Shown: positions 33,264 to 43,206 of the stretch, in pieces
Layout of the letters: each line of letters begins with the position of its first letter
Numbering within the stretch: position 1 is the first letter of the stretch
DNA from: an uncultured Verrucomicrobiae bacterium
Lineage (GTDB): Bacteria > Verrucomicrobiota > Verrucomicrobiia > Limisphaerales > Palsa-1400
Assembly: GCA_963707025.1 (NCBI GenBank)
Contig: CAVPOM010000011.1
Location: forward strand, 32,001-96,000
Reading direction: 5' to 3'
DNA: 64,000 nucleotides
Made by a program: the position numbers and the translations under genes
The notes under the pieces: generated by a model
What the model was told of the DNA's origin: nothing
The model's input: the letters and a program-made list of their open reading frames with translations, nothing else
Database searches by the model: none

Positions 33264-33608
33264 TCATCCGGGCGGCCAGGCCAGCGCGCGTCCGCCCAGG
33301 AGATGGCAATGCAGGTGGGGCACCGTCTCGCCGCCGTCCCGGCCGTTGTTGATCACCAGGCGGTAGCCGTTTTGGTTGAGCCCCAATTGCCGGGCCACCT
33401 CGCCCGCCTTGAGCAGCAGGTGGCCGAGCAGCTTTTCATCCGCCGCGCCCGTCTCGGACAGGCGCGCGATGCTTTTTTTGGGAATGATCAGGACGTGGGT
33501 TGGGGCCTTGGGATTGATGTCGCGGAAGGCCAGCACCGCCTCATCTTCAAAGACGATGTCGGCCGGGATTTCGCGCGCAATGATTTTCTCGAAAATATTC
33601 ATGCTCAT
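33264..33608 (-). CDS. Histidine triad (HIT/HINT) protein
   Basis: IFEKII, AFRDINPKAPTHVLIIPK, HLHCHLLGG, WPPG. Confidence 0.93.
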   Translation of the reverse strand: MSMNIFEKIIAREIPADIVFEDEAVLAFRDINPKAPTHVLIIPKKSIARLSETGAADEKLLGHLLLKAGEVARQLGLNQNGYRLVINNGRDGGETVPHLHCHLLGGRALAWPPG

Positions 33609-33773
33609 AATCTGTTCGGGCGACGCTGACCCGACCCGGCAACAAACTGCCCCCGGTCAGGCGGCCCTGTCAACCTTGGCTGCGGCCCTGGGGGCCGGCG
33701 CGCTTCATTTTCCGGGATGAAGTTTTCCCTGTCTTAATCTTAATCTTAATCCTAATCTTTCTCTGACGCCGCC

Positions 33774-34904
33774 ATGAAAAAAACCCGAAGCATTCCGAAT
33801 GGCCCGGGGCACGGTTACGGTTTCCTCGTCATGCTGATGCTGGCGGGGACTACCGGTTGGCGATGCCACGCCGGCGGGGCCGATGATTGGCGCGAAAAAA
33901 TGCAGCCCATCGCCCCGCAGGGCTATCTTTGCCGCCACACCGCCCAGCCGATCTTGATGGATGGAAAACTGGACGCCGCCGCGTGGTCCGGGGCGCCGTG
34001 GACGGCTGATTTCGTGGACATTCAAGACGGCTCCAGGCCAAAACCGCGCTTCCGCACGCGCGCCAAACTGCTGTGGGACGACGATTATCTCTACATCGCC
34101 GCCCAACTGGAAGAGCCGCACGTCTGGGCCACGCTCACGCGGCACGACTCCGTTATTTTCCAAGACCCCGATTTCGAGGTGTTCATGGATCCGCGTGGCG
34201 CCACGCACGATTACTACGAATTCGAGATCAACGCGCTCAACACCAGTTGGGACCTGATGCTGGACAAGCCTTACATGGACCAGGGCAAGCCCAACAATGC
34301 GTGGGACATTCCCGGCCTCAAAAGCGCGGTCCACGTCAACGGCACCCTCAACCATCCGGCCGACACCGATCAGGGCTGGACCGTTGAAATCGCGTTCCCT
34401 TGGAAAGTTCTCGCCGAACACGCGCGTCATGCCGGCCCGCCCGCCGAAGGCGAGCAGTGGCGCATCAACTTCTCCCGCGTGGAGTGGCAAATCACGACCA
34501 ACGGCGGCGTTTACAAAAAGGTGCCGCGCACGCCCGAGGATAATTGGGTCTGGTCCCCGACCGGTGTGGTGGACATGCATCGTCCCGAGATGTGGGGACT
34601 GTTGCAATTCACCCGGCAGCCCGCGGGCGAAGCCATTGCGGTCGCGCCCATCCCTGGCAAACCCGCGCGCGATCTCGGCCTGGGAATTTACTACGCGCAA
34701 CTGGATTTCAGGAAAGCGCACAAACGTTGGGCCACCAATCTGGTTGAACTCGCCTGGACCACGCCGGACCTTCCGCCCGGCATCGAACCCCCTGTCCTCG
34801 AGCCCACCCCGGACGGTTACGCCTGTTCGGTGGCCTGGAAAGAAGGCGGGCGCCGCCGCGTCTGGCGCATTGGCCAGGATCGGTTGCTGAAACTGGACGA
34901 GTAA
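33774..34904 (+). CDS. Carbohydrate-binding family 9-like exported protein
   Basis: DGKLD..W, LLWDDDYLY, DFEVFMDP, YYEFEINALNT, WRINFSRV, HRPEMWG. Confidence 0.8.
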   Translation: MKKTRSIPNGPGHGYGFLVMLMLAGTTGWRCHAGGADDWREKMQPIAPQGYLCRHTAQPILMDGKLDAAAWSGAPWTADFVDIQDGSRPKPRFRTRAKLLWDDDYLYIAAQLEEPHVWATLTRHDSVIFQDPDFEVFMDPRGATHDYYEFEINALNTSWDLMLDKPYMDQGKPNNAWDIPGLKSAVHVNGTLNHPADTDQGWTVEIAFPWKVLAEHARHAGPPAEGEQWRINFSRVEWQITTNGGVYKKVPRTPEDNWVWSPTGVVDMHRPEMWGLLQFTRQPAGEAIAVAPIPGKPARDLGLGIYYAQLDFRKAHKRWATNLVELAWTTPDLPPGIEPPVLEPTPDGYACSVAWKEGGRRRVWRIGQDRLLKLDE

Positions 34905-34971
34905 TCCGTGCCCCGTGGACAGGGCGCGGGCAGAATTCTTCACGTCATTCGTCCCATTCCTCCCATGCGTG

Positions 34972-35685
34972 CTATTCTTTCCGCTCACCCTGCCGGGAGG
35001 AGACGTCTGGCCTCGCAGCCGGCACCACCCTGGCCCGGAGCAGTTTGTCCAGTTTTGGGAAATCGCGGTCGAGCCAGGCGTTGCCTTCGGCGAAGAGGCG
35101 GGCTTGTTTGCCGGCGCGCATCCCGCCGCCCGAGGCCTCGCCGTAACCGGAATAGAGGCGGTCCACGATGTCCATCCCTTCCACCACCCTGCCAATGGGC
35201 GCGAAACCTTCCGGGTCGTTTTGTGGGTTGTCCCGGAGGTTGATGTAGAGCTGGGTGGTGCGCTGGCCCGGGCCGGTCATGGCGTAGCCGAGGGTGCCGC
35301 GCAGGTTGCTGGACTTGGGCGGATCGTCCGGCATGGTTTGATTTTGCCAAAGGGCGGCGAGCGCCGGCTGGCCGGGGATTCCAAACTGCGCGATGTAATG
35401 GGCGTCCACGCGGAAAAAACGGGAGTCGTCGAAGAAGCCGGCGCGGACCAGATGGTAGAAACGATCCACGCCATGCGGCGCCCAGGCGCGGTTGGCTTCA
35501 ATGACGAAATCGCCGATGCTGGTCTGGACGCGCACTGTGAATACTCCCGGCGCGGGCCGGCTCCAGAGCGGAGCCGCCGGGTCACGCAAGGCGGCGCTTT
35601 CCGTTGGGCTGGTCTGGCAGGCGCTCCAGAGAACGGGGCCGGCGGCCAGAAAAAGAAACCAGCGCCAATGCCGCCGGGGGATCAT
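34972..35685 (-). CDS. Cyclophilin-type peptidyl-prolyl isomerase
   Basis: WAPHGVDRF, FFRV, QFG, RTTQLYINL.DN, GFAPIGRVVEGM. Confidence 0.9.
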   Translation of the reverse strand: MIPRRHWRWFLFLAAGPVLWSACQTSPTESAALRDPAAPLWSRPAPGVFTVRVQTSIGDFVIEANRAWAPHGVDRFYHLVRAGFFDDSRFFRVDAHYIAQFGIPGQPALAALWQNQTMPDDPPKSSNLRGTLGYAMTGPGQRTTQLYINLRDNPQNDPEGFAPIGRVVEGMDIVDRLYSGYGEASGGGMRAGKQARLFAEGNAWLDRDFPKLDKLLRARVVPAARPDVSSRQGERKE

Positions 35686-36761
35686 GGGCGCTCCGAAGCC
35701 TTGAGCAGTTCGGCCAGATGATCCTTCCACAAGGCGGCCAGGGTGTGGGTGCCGTGGCCTTGCGTGCGATCACTGAGGGGCAGGACAATGGCCCGGCCGT
35801 TTTTGACCCGCTTGATTTCAGTTTCCAGAATTCTTAATTCGGGCGGATTGATCAAATCGTCGGCCGAATTGATGGCCAGCAACGGCGCCTGGATTTTTTC
35901 CAGATCGGGACCGGGAGTGTAATCACGGGACGCTTCAAAAGCGTACAAGGCATCGTTGGCGTCGAGGGTTCTCAGGTAGCTTTCCACGCCGCGATCAAAA
36001 ACGCGGTCCGCCTCCGCCAGGGTGGGGGCGGATTTCTGGCGGCGCACCGGGTTGTCGCCCATGAGGAACATCATCCCGGCGACGGTGCGCAGGGCCAGCG
36101 GCTGTCTTTTGTACTCGCCGTTCTCCCAGGAGGGATCGGTGCGGACGGCGTCAATAATAATACGCCGCCACATCCGGTTGCGGCCCGACATCGCGGCGGG
36201 GAGGCTGGCCAGCGGCATGAGGGCGTCCATGAAATCCGGGTGCATTTCCCCCCAAAGCCACGAGTGCATGCCGCCCATGGAGGTTCCGATGACCAGCCGC
36301 AGATGGTTGACTTGCAGCCCTTCGGTGAGAAGCCGGTATTGCGCCACAATCATGTCGCGGTAGCCGTAGGCCGGGAATTTGGCGCGCAGGCCGTCGCTGG
36401 GCTTGGAGGACTTGCCGTGACCGAGGTTGTCCACGATGACCAGATAATATCGCTCCGCATCCAGAAGCTGTCCCTGGCCAAAAAGTTCGCCGCCGAAGTT
36501 TTGGTTCACGAACTGGCTGCTGCTGCCGGTGGTGCCGTGGAGGATGAGCACGGCGTTGGTCACCACCCCTTTGCCATCCTGCCGCGGCGCGCCCAAGGTG
36601 AGATAATGCATTTTGGCCTCCGGCAAGGTTTCGCCGTCATTAAAATGGAAATCTTTGATGACGTAGTCGCCGGGCGCCGGCGTGGGGAAGGTGGCGGCGG
36701 CAGCCGGGATCAAGGCGGTCAAAAGCGCAAGGAGACTATGGAAAAACTGCGGCTTCTTCAT
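35682..36761 (-). CDS. Exported alpha/beta hydrolase, homoserine acetyltransferase-like
   Basis: HGTTG, GHGKSSKPSDG, GTSMGG, NSADD, GHGTH; signal peptide. Confidence 0.85.
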   Translation of the reverse strand: MKKPQFFHSLLALLTALIPAAAATFPTPAPGDYVIKDFHFNDGETLPEAKMHYLTLGAPRQDGKGVVTNAVLILHGTTGSSSQFVNQNFGGELFGQGQLLDAERYYLVIVDNLGHGKSSKPSDGLRAKFPAYGYRDMIVAQYRLLTEGLQVNHLRLVIGTSMGGMHSWLWGEMHPDFMDALMPLASLPAAMSGRNRMWRRIIIDAVRTDPSWENGEYKRQPLALRTVAGMMFLMGDNPVRRQKSAPTLAEADRVFDRGVESYLRTLDANDALYAFEASRDYTPGPDLEKIQAPLLAINSADDLINPPELRILETEIKRVKNGRAIVLPLSDRTQGHGTHTLAALWKDHLAELLKASERP

Positions 36762-36957
36762 GAGCGCGGAGGATAGCCGGCGGGAAGGGGGCTGAAAAGG
36801 AGGATTTGCAATTGCGGACTTCCGACCGCGGATGGCGCATCATGCCAGCGAAGTCCAGCGGGCCGGCTCCAGCGCGGCCTGCCGCCGATGACTGAGGCAT
36901 CAGGCGCGCAAAAACTTTTCGCTTTTCAGCGCGCTCCCGGCGCGGCCATAATGAGGG

Positions 36958-37704
36958 GTGGAAGTTGTTCCCGTGATCGAGCTTGAGATTAAAGACCTCC
37001 AGCCAAGCTGGCCGCCGCCGCCGCCCGGAATGGAGCTGGCGGGTGAGGAGGTTCATGTCTGGAGCGCCGGGCTGGGGCGCGGGCAGGCCGGTTATTCTGC
37101 CGGCCTGGGGATGCTCTCCGAAGACGAACGGGCGCGCTCGGCCCAGTTCCATTTCGAGCGCGACCGGAAACAGTTCGTGGCGCGGCGCTCCCTGCTGCGC
37201 GTCATCCTCGGCCATTACTTAAAGGTCCAGCCGTCGCAAATCATCCTGGCTTATGAAGCGCGGGGCAAACCGCGGCTCGCCGCGCCGGTCAGCGCGGCGC
37301 CGCTTCATTTCAACTTCTCCCATTCCCGCGGCCTGGCCTTGTGCGCCGTGGGCCGGTTCGGCCCGCTGGGCGTGGATGTGGAACAAATTCGGCCCATGCC
37401 GGAAATGACCGAACTTGCCGCCACGTTTTGTTCCGCGCAGGAAATTGCCCTGCTCAGCGCCGCCCCGCCGGAAAAAAAGCTGGAGGTTTTTTTCAGCATT
37501 TGGACGCGCAAGGAAGCCTGTCTCAAGGCCACCGGCGAAGGCATCGCCGGCGCGCTGGCGCAGTTGGATTGCTCGCAGCCGCCGCCGGGTTGGTCGCTGC
37601 ATGCCTTGTCGCCCGCCCCCGGCTTCGTCGGCGCGCTGGCCTTCGCCGGCAGCCCAGCCAGGCTGCGGTGCTGGCAATGGGAACACCCCGCAGGTTGGGA
37701 TTGA
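36958..37704 (+). CDS. Sfp-type 4'-phosphopantetheinyl transferase
   Basis: GKP, FNFSHS, GVDVE, WTRKEACLKATGEG. Confidence 0.9.
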   Translation: MEVVPVIELEIKDLQPSWPPPPPGMELAGEEVHVWSAGLGRGQAGYSAGLGMLSEDERARSAQFHFERDRKQFVARRSLLRVILGHYLKVQPSQIILAYEARGKPRLAAPVSAAPLHFNFSHSRGLALCAVGRFGPLGVDVEQIRPMPEMTELAATFCSAQEIALLSAAPPEKKLEVFFSIWTRKEACLKATGEGIAGALAQLDCSQPPPGWSLHALSPAPGFVGALAFAGSPARLRCWQWEHPAGWD

Positions 37705-37735
37705 TCAAATCGCCCCGCCGGCCTATATTGCCGCC

Positions 37736-37966
37736 ATGCCGATTTACGAATTTCATTGTCAAAAGTGTGGCGCGGACAGCGAGTTGCTGATTCGTTCCAG
37801 CCGTTGGAAAGGGACGCCCTGCCCCAAGTGCGGTTCCACCAAACTGGCCAAAAAACTGTCGGTCTTCGCCTCCGGCGCCAGCGGACCATCTTCCGAGCCG
37901 GCCTCATGCAGCGGCAATCCCGGTTCGTGCGGGATGTGCGGCACGGGCCGGCCGCATTCCCACTGA
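37736..37966 (+). CDS. FmdB-family zinc ribbon protein
   Basis: MPIYEFHCQKCG...CPKCGS. Confidence 0.88.
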   Translation: MPIYEFHCQKCGADSELLIRSSRWKGTPCPKCGSTKLAKKLSVFASGASGPSSEPASCSGNPGSCGMCGTGRPHSH

Positions 37967-37976
37967 GGCTCAGCGG

Positions 37977-38663
37977 TTAGAGATCGTCGGGCGCGATTTT
38001 GGACAAGTCTTCCACGGCCCAATCGGGGCGGTGCGCCTGAAGCTGCGGCACGGAAAAGGAGCCGGTGGCCACGGCCAGCACTTTCGCCCCAATGGCCCGG
38101 GCGCAACGAATGTCCAGCGGCGTATCGCCAACCACCAGCACCTCGCCGTCTTCGACCGGGCGGCCCAGCCGTTCGCGGCCGCGGCGGCGCGCGACGGCGG
38201 CGATCTGGTTGCGGTCTTCGTGGTCGTCGGCGAAGCCGCCGAAGGAAAACTTGTCCCACAACTGGAAGCGTTGCAGCTTGATTTGCGCGCCGCGCCGGAT
38301 GTTGCCGGTGAGCAGACCGGGGAGCGGCGGCTCGGCCCGCGCCGCCAGGGCGCCATAAAATTCCGCCACGCCCGGACAGGGGCCGCCCGCGCATTGCCGC
38401 ATTAATTCCTCCAGGCAAACCACGTAGGCCGCAAAAAAGCGCTCGAAATTTTTGGGTGACGGCTCGATTTGCCGGAGCGAAAAAAGCTCGCGCACCAGGG
38501 AAAAGTCGGTCCGGCCGCCGAACTTGACGAGTTCGGTCCCGTCGGCCACGCCAAACTCCGCGGCCAGAGTCAGGGCGAAGGCCTTCACCCCCGCGCCGGC
38601 GGTGTGAATGAGCGTGCCGTCCACATCGAACAAAACCAGCCGGATGGGTCGTGAGTTGGCCAT
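37977..38663 (-). CDS. HAD-family hydrolase
   Basis: LFDVDGTL, LLTGN, VGDTPLDI. Confidence 0.88.
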   Translation of the reverse strand: MANSRPIRLVLFDVDGTLIHTAGAGVKAFALTLAAEFGVADGTELVKFGGRTDFSLVRELFSLRQIEPSPKNFERFFAAYVVCLEELMRQCAGGPCPGVAEFYGALAARAEPPLPGLLTGNIRRGAQIKLQRFQLWDKFSFGGFADDHEDRNQIAAVARRRGRERLGRPVEDGEVLVVGDTPLDIRCARAIGAKVLAVATGSFSVPQLQAHRPDWAVEDLSKIAPDDL

Positions 38664-38907
38664 TTGAAGTTCAAAGTTTAAGGATGGGAATCCGGGGCGC
38701 AAGAAGCAATCGCGGTGGGTGGGGTTCACTTTCCGGCTGTCGCGTTCCGGCTCTTAATCTTAATCTTAATCCTAATCTTAATCTCTTTACTGCACGCGAA
38801 GGAGATTAAGATTAAGATTAGGATCGAGACTCCAAAAGGGCGAAGGCCCCATTCGCGCTGGCCAATGGAATTTTGATCAGGTATGTATCCGGCCATCGTC
38901 CTGGTTG

Positions 38908-39456
38908 ATGAACCGCAACATCGTTTATTTTGATTTGGAAACGCAGAAGTCCGCCGAGGAAGTGGGCGGCTGGAACAACATCCGCGACATGCGGATGAGC
39001 GTGGGCGTGACCTACAGCACGGCCCCGTCGGAGTACAAAATCTACCGCGAAAGCCAGGTCAACGCGCTGATTGAGGAATTGCGCCGGGCCGATCTGGTGG
39101 TTGGCTTCAACAATCTGCGCTTTGATTATGAAGTGCTGGCCGGCCACAACGCGCTCTTCGATGCCGGGCAAATCCAGTCGCTGGACATGCTGGTGGAACT
39201 GCAGAAGAGCTTGCCGCACCGGCTTTCCCTGGACTCCATTGCCCAGGCCACCCTGGGCGTGGAAAAAACCAGCGAAGGCATGCAAGCCATCCGCTGGTAT
39301 CGCGAAGGCAAGCTGCTGGAGATCGCCGAGTATTGCTGTTACGACGTGAAAATCACCCGCCTGATTCACGAATACGGGGCGGCCCACAAGCGCCTGCATT
39401 ATACTAACAAGTACGGCAAAAAACTGAGCGTGGCTGTAAACTGGTCGGATTTTTGA
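38908..39456 (+). CDS. RNase H-like (YprB-type) exonuclease domain protein
   Basis: FDLET, VGFNNLRFD, YCCYDV (DEDD-type motifs). Confidence 0.75.
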   Translation: MNRNIVYFDLETQKSAEEVGGWNNIRDMRMSVGVTYSTAPSEYKIYRESQVNALIEELRRADLVVGFNNLRFDYEVLAGHNALFDAGQIQSLDMLVELQKSLPHRLSLDSIAQATLGVEKTSEGMQAIRWYREGKLLEIAEYCCYDVKITRLIHEYGAAHKRLHYTNKYGKKLSVAVNWSDF

Positions 39457-39594
39457 CAGGGCGGAACGGACGCTCCAGTTGGACGAGCAAGGCCGGGACT
39501 CGATAATTGCATGGGAAACCGGTGAAGCCGGCCGACGTGCGCCCCGAACAACCGTGCCAGCGGCGAAAGGAACGCCGGGCGTTCAGAGTGGAGA

Positions 39595-40029
39595 TTACGG
39601 TTTAACGGTGAGCCCGGCTTGTTTCGCCATCGCTCCCTGTCGCCCATCGAACGTTACAAATTCCCTGGCGCCCATGACGGCGGCGGCGGCGACGTGGATG
39701 AGGTCGAGCGTGCGGCAACCGAGACTGGCGGAATGACTGGCGGAAAGTTCATCGGCCTTTTGTTCAACGGTGGCGGCGGCATAGTCGGGACGCTGCCAGC
39801 GGCCCGTGGCGATGTCCTCCTCAAAAGCGGCGATAGATTGGTTCATTTCCGGCGCAGTGATTTCCTTGCGAAAGGCCTTCAAGCGAATGGCGTTCTTAAC
39901 TTCCAGCGCCTGCCAATGCGTCAGCCAGTAAGGGGCAACGTAAGCGCCAACCAGCCGAATAGCCTCCGGGCTGGTCGCTTCCCTGACGTACAACTTGACG
40001 ATGACGGCGGAGTCAAAATAGGCGTCCAT
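39595..40029 (-). CDS. vapC: VapC PIN-domain toxin
   Basis: YFDSAVIVKLY..E, RTLDLIHVAAA, FVTFD. Confidence 0.85.
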   Translation of the reverse strand: MDAYFDSAVIVKLYVREATSPEAIRLVGAYVAPYWLTHWQALEVKNAIRLKAFRKEITAPEMNQSIAAFEEDIATGRWQRPDYAAATVEQKADELSASHSASLGCRTLDLIHVAAAAVMGAREFVTFDGRQGAMAKQAGLTVKP

Positions 40030-40250
40030 CAGCGGTCCCCGCGCCCCTCCTCAATGATACTCCGGGAGTCAGGCGCGATTCTGTCTCCATAAATGCCGCG
40101 CAAGCGTTCGCCGAAGTCGGGCCAATTCGAGCGGCTCGCCCGGCCGGCAGCAGGCCTGCCATTCTTCATCCGGCGGAAAAGCTGCTCGAACCGCGTTCTT
40201 TCCCGCTGGGGAAGCGCGGCCACCTGTTTGATGAGTTCTGTGGCGCTCAT
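40029..40250 (-). CDS. Putative antitoxin
   Basis: 73 aa, directly upstream of and overlapping vapC. Confidence 0.65.
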   Translation of the reverse strand: MSATELIKQVAALPQRERTRFEQLFRRMKNGRPAAGRASRSNWPDFGERLRGIYGDRIAPDSRSIIEEGRGDR

Positions 40251-40330
40251 GGGGTGATTCTAGCTCAATTCCGCGACCCTGCCAAGTGGCTTTCTTCCCA
40301 TGAGTCAACGGGGCCCAGTCCCCGCCCGCC

Positions 40331-42865
40331 TCACGGTTTCCAGACGGCGGGGTTGGGGCCGCAAAAGCGCCAGTCGGGCTGCCAGTCGCGGGCGAGCTTC
40401 TCGTTGGTCACGATGGCGCGGATCATGACGATGGGCATGTTGTTGGCCATGACCACGGCGTCGTGAAAGGCGCGGTTGGACATTTTGCGGGAGTCCACCA
40501 GTTCGCGATGCAGGTCCAGCAGTTGCAAGGCGCCGAGCAAATAGCCGGCCTGGTAAAGCGGGCCGTAGCTGCCGTCGAAGGAACGGCGGACTTCGGCGGT
40601 GGCATTGTCGCGCTCGTGGCCCATGCTGTCAACAAGATAATCAATGCACTGCCGCGGGGTCCACTGGCCGAGGTGGAATTTGAGGGAGAAAACAATGCGG
40701 GCGCAGCGGTGCATGCGCCAGAACAGGGCGCCGAGGCGCTCCGGCGGGGTGGTGTGATAGCCGCGCTGGTAGAGATAAAGCTCCCAGTAGCAGGCCCAGC
40801 CTTCGACATAGAAAGGGGTGCTGAAAATGCGGCGCTCGGTGTGATAGCGGGAACTCATGAAGTTCTGCAATTCGTGGCCGGGAATCAGCTCGTGAAAGGC
40901 GGTGGCGTGGGCGAAGGGGATGTTGTTGCCGCGCATGCTGGCCAGTTTCTGCTCGTGGGTCATGGTGTCGGTGGGATAGGAAACGGAAATGACCGGGCCG
41001 CCGGTGAAGAAGGGGTTGACCAACTGGCGCTGGGGGGTCATCATTTCCATGCCCCAGGTTTCGCGGGCGATGACCGGGATGGTGATGAGATTGTTCTTCT
41101 CCAAATAGTTGACAGCATCCCAGGCCAGGTCGCGGATGAGATAGGGTTGCTGGCCCGCCTCCTCATGCATGGTTTTGACCTTCTCCACCGCTTTGTGCCA
41201 GTCATCGCCGCAGCCCATCTGGCGGGAGGCCTTTTTCATTTCCGATTCGCACCAGGCGAATTCGCGGCCGGCAAGGGCGATCAATTCCTCCGGCGTGTAG
41301 GGGATCATTTCGTCGTGCAACTCCGCCAGCAAGCCGTCCCGGCCGATGGGGCGGCCCACGATGTCGCTGCCGTCGCGCTGGGCGCCGCTGGTGGAATTGT
41401 CGCGGAGGAAGGCGCCGTACTCCTGGAGAGATTGGTCAATCGCCTGGCAGGCGGCGGTGAGGGCCTCGGGCCACGGCGCACCGGCGGTGACACGGTCATG
41501 CCAGTCGCTGAGTTGGGCGCGCAGACCGCCGAGCGTGGCGGCGGCGCGTCCGGCGCGATTGGAGACGGCCCGGTTTTCGAGCGCGGAGACGGCGTTGCTG
41601 CGGCCGGCTTCGATGGAGGTTTTCAACAAGGCCAGGGTGTTGGAGGCCCTGGTCGCGTCGTATTGTTCCGGCGCGGCGGGCGCTTCGCCCAGTTGCGCAA
41701 TAAGTTGCTCGAACGGAAAAAGCCGGCTGTTGTCCACCGGGGCGGGGGCGGCGTTGGTGGGCAGATCCAGGGACATCAATTGATATTCGATGCGGTTGCG
41801 GAGCAGGATGTAGTCAACCTGGTCATCGTGGCTGAATTTGTCGAAATCCAGATGGGGCAGCGCGGCGAGCCATTGTTGGAGGGTTTCCCGGCTCATCCCG
41901 CGCCCGCCGCCGCGGCGTCCGCCGCCACCGCCGCCGCCGCCGCCCCCGAAGCCGCCCCGCCGGCCCCGTCCGCTGCTGTTGTTAAACCGCTCGATCACGC
42001 CGCGCATCTGGCTTTGGGGGAGGGAAATTAACCCGGCCAGGTCAGGCACTTCAGGACCTTTGCCGGCCAGTGTGACGGGCGGCAGGGAGGGTTGGGGCAA
42101 GGGGGCGGGCGGAGCGGCCGGGGCGGCGGCATCGGCGGGCGGAAGATTGCCCAGAAAAGAGGCGTAGTCGCCCAGCGCCTTGTCGGCTTCCTTGTAAGGC
42201 GCGGCCATCCACCAGGTGAACAGAGGATCGTAGTCATTATAGAAGGCGTTCCAGTTTTTGAGGACGTTGCGGAGCGCCGTGACTTCGGTGGCGGCATGGG
42301 CGGCCTGGCTGGCGTCGAAGGCCACGGCCCCGGCGGCGGAGGCGGCCAGGCCGGCCTTGACCGCTTTCTGAGTTTCGGCGACGGCGCGCGCCAGGGCGTC
42401 CACCATGCCGGCGGCTTTTTCGGCGTTCATCTTTTCCACGCGGCGGCGGCCGGCTTCGAGGTCAATTATAATGTGGGCGAAAGGGACGAAGGGGGCGGCC
42501 TGGGCCTGGGTCTTGAGCAGATCGTCCAGCTTGGCGGAGTCCTCCCGCACGGTCTGGATCAGTTTGGCGTGCTCGGCGCGGGCCTCGGCAGAGAGGCGGT
42601 TGGTGTCGAGTTTTTGCAGGGCGGCGAGCCAGTCGGCATCAAAAAGTTTCAAGCGGGCGGTGCGCTCGGGGGCGAGGGGGACGCTGTAGAAGCGGGTGAT
42701 GTTGGCCCGGTCGGCGTCATAGCGCTGGGCGGCGGCGCGCATTTCATTTTGCGGGGCGGTGAGATATTGGCGGAGGTCCAGGGGCGCGTTGGTGGACTGG
42801 GCGCACAGGGCGGCGGCGGCCAGGACCCCCAGGCCGGCGAGAAATGTTCTTGGCGTGATCATCAC
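40331..42865 (-). CDS. DUF885 family exported protein (putative metallopeptidase)
   Basis: HELIPGH, FYVEGWACYWE, AEVRR, YQAGYLLG, FHD; signal peptide. Confidence 0.85.
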   Translation of the reverse strand: MMITPRTFLAGLGVLAAAALCAQSTNAPLDLRQYLTAPQNEMRAAAQRYDADRANITRFYSVPLAPERTARLKLFDADWLAALQKLDTNRLSAEARAEHAKLIQTVREDSAKLDDLLKTQAQAAPFVPFAHIIIDLEAGRRRVEKMNAEKAAGMVDALARAVAETQKAVKAGLAASAAGAVAFDASQAAHAATEVTALRNVLKNWNAFYNDYDPLFTWWMAAPYKEADKALGDYASFLGNLPPADAAAPAAPPAPLPQPSLPPVTLAGKGPEVPDLAGLISLPQSQMRGVIERFNNSSGRGRRGGFGGGGGGGGGGRRGGGRGMSRETLQQWLAALPHLDFDKFSHDDQVDYILLRNRIEYQLMSLDLPTNAAPAPVDNSRLFPFEQLIAQLGEAPAAPEQYDATRASNTLALLKTSIEAGRSNAVSALENRAVSNRAGRAAATLGGLRAQLSDWHDRVTAGAPWPEALTAACQAIDQSLQEYGAFLRDNSTSGAQRDGSDIVGRPIGRDGLLAELHDEMIPYTPEELIALAGREFAWCESEMKKASRQMGCGDDWHKAVEKVKTMHEEAGQQPYLIRDLAWDAVNYLEKNNLITIPVIARETWGMEMMTPQRQLVNPFFTGGPVISVSYPTDTMTHEQKLASMRGNNIPFAHATAFHELIPGHELQNFMSSRYHTERRIFSTPFYVEGWACYWELYLYQRGYHTTPPERLGALFWRMHRCARIVFSLKFHLGQWTPRQCIDYLVDSMGHERDNATAEVRRSFDGSYGPLYQAGYLLGALQLLDLHRELVDSRKMSNRAFHDAVVMANNMPIVMIRAIVTNEKLARDWQPDWRFCGPNPAVWKP

Positions 42866-43206
42866 AGGATTGTCAGCAAAGGTTGCCCGATGGCAAAAGC
42901 TGCTTGAGGGCGAGGTTAAAGGAACCTACCGGGCCAAGCCAAGGATAAATGAAAAAGGCGGCGGAGTGGTGGAGTGGTGGAGGGGCAGGAAATGCAGAAT
43001 GCAAAATGCAGAATGGGAGGAATCCGCCAATTTCCGCGAAGTTGAGGATAAAGGTTGTTGGATGCATGGGGGTCCCCAGGGGGCCGGGAAGTGGAATTAG
43101 GTGAAACCAGTTGAAACTAGCTGAAACCAGGTGAGATTAAGTGAAAATCGGGGGTTGGGTTTGAACCGCGAAATACGCAAACCTGAATGGATCGCTTAGG
43201 TATTGG

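Noticed and set aside
39505..39560. GGGAAACCGGTGAAGCCGG resembling a cobalamin riboswitch core
   Set aside because: The rest of the consensus is not evident, and it lies between convergent 3' ends with no downstream gene to regulate.
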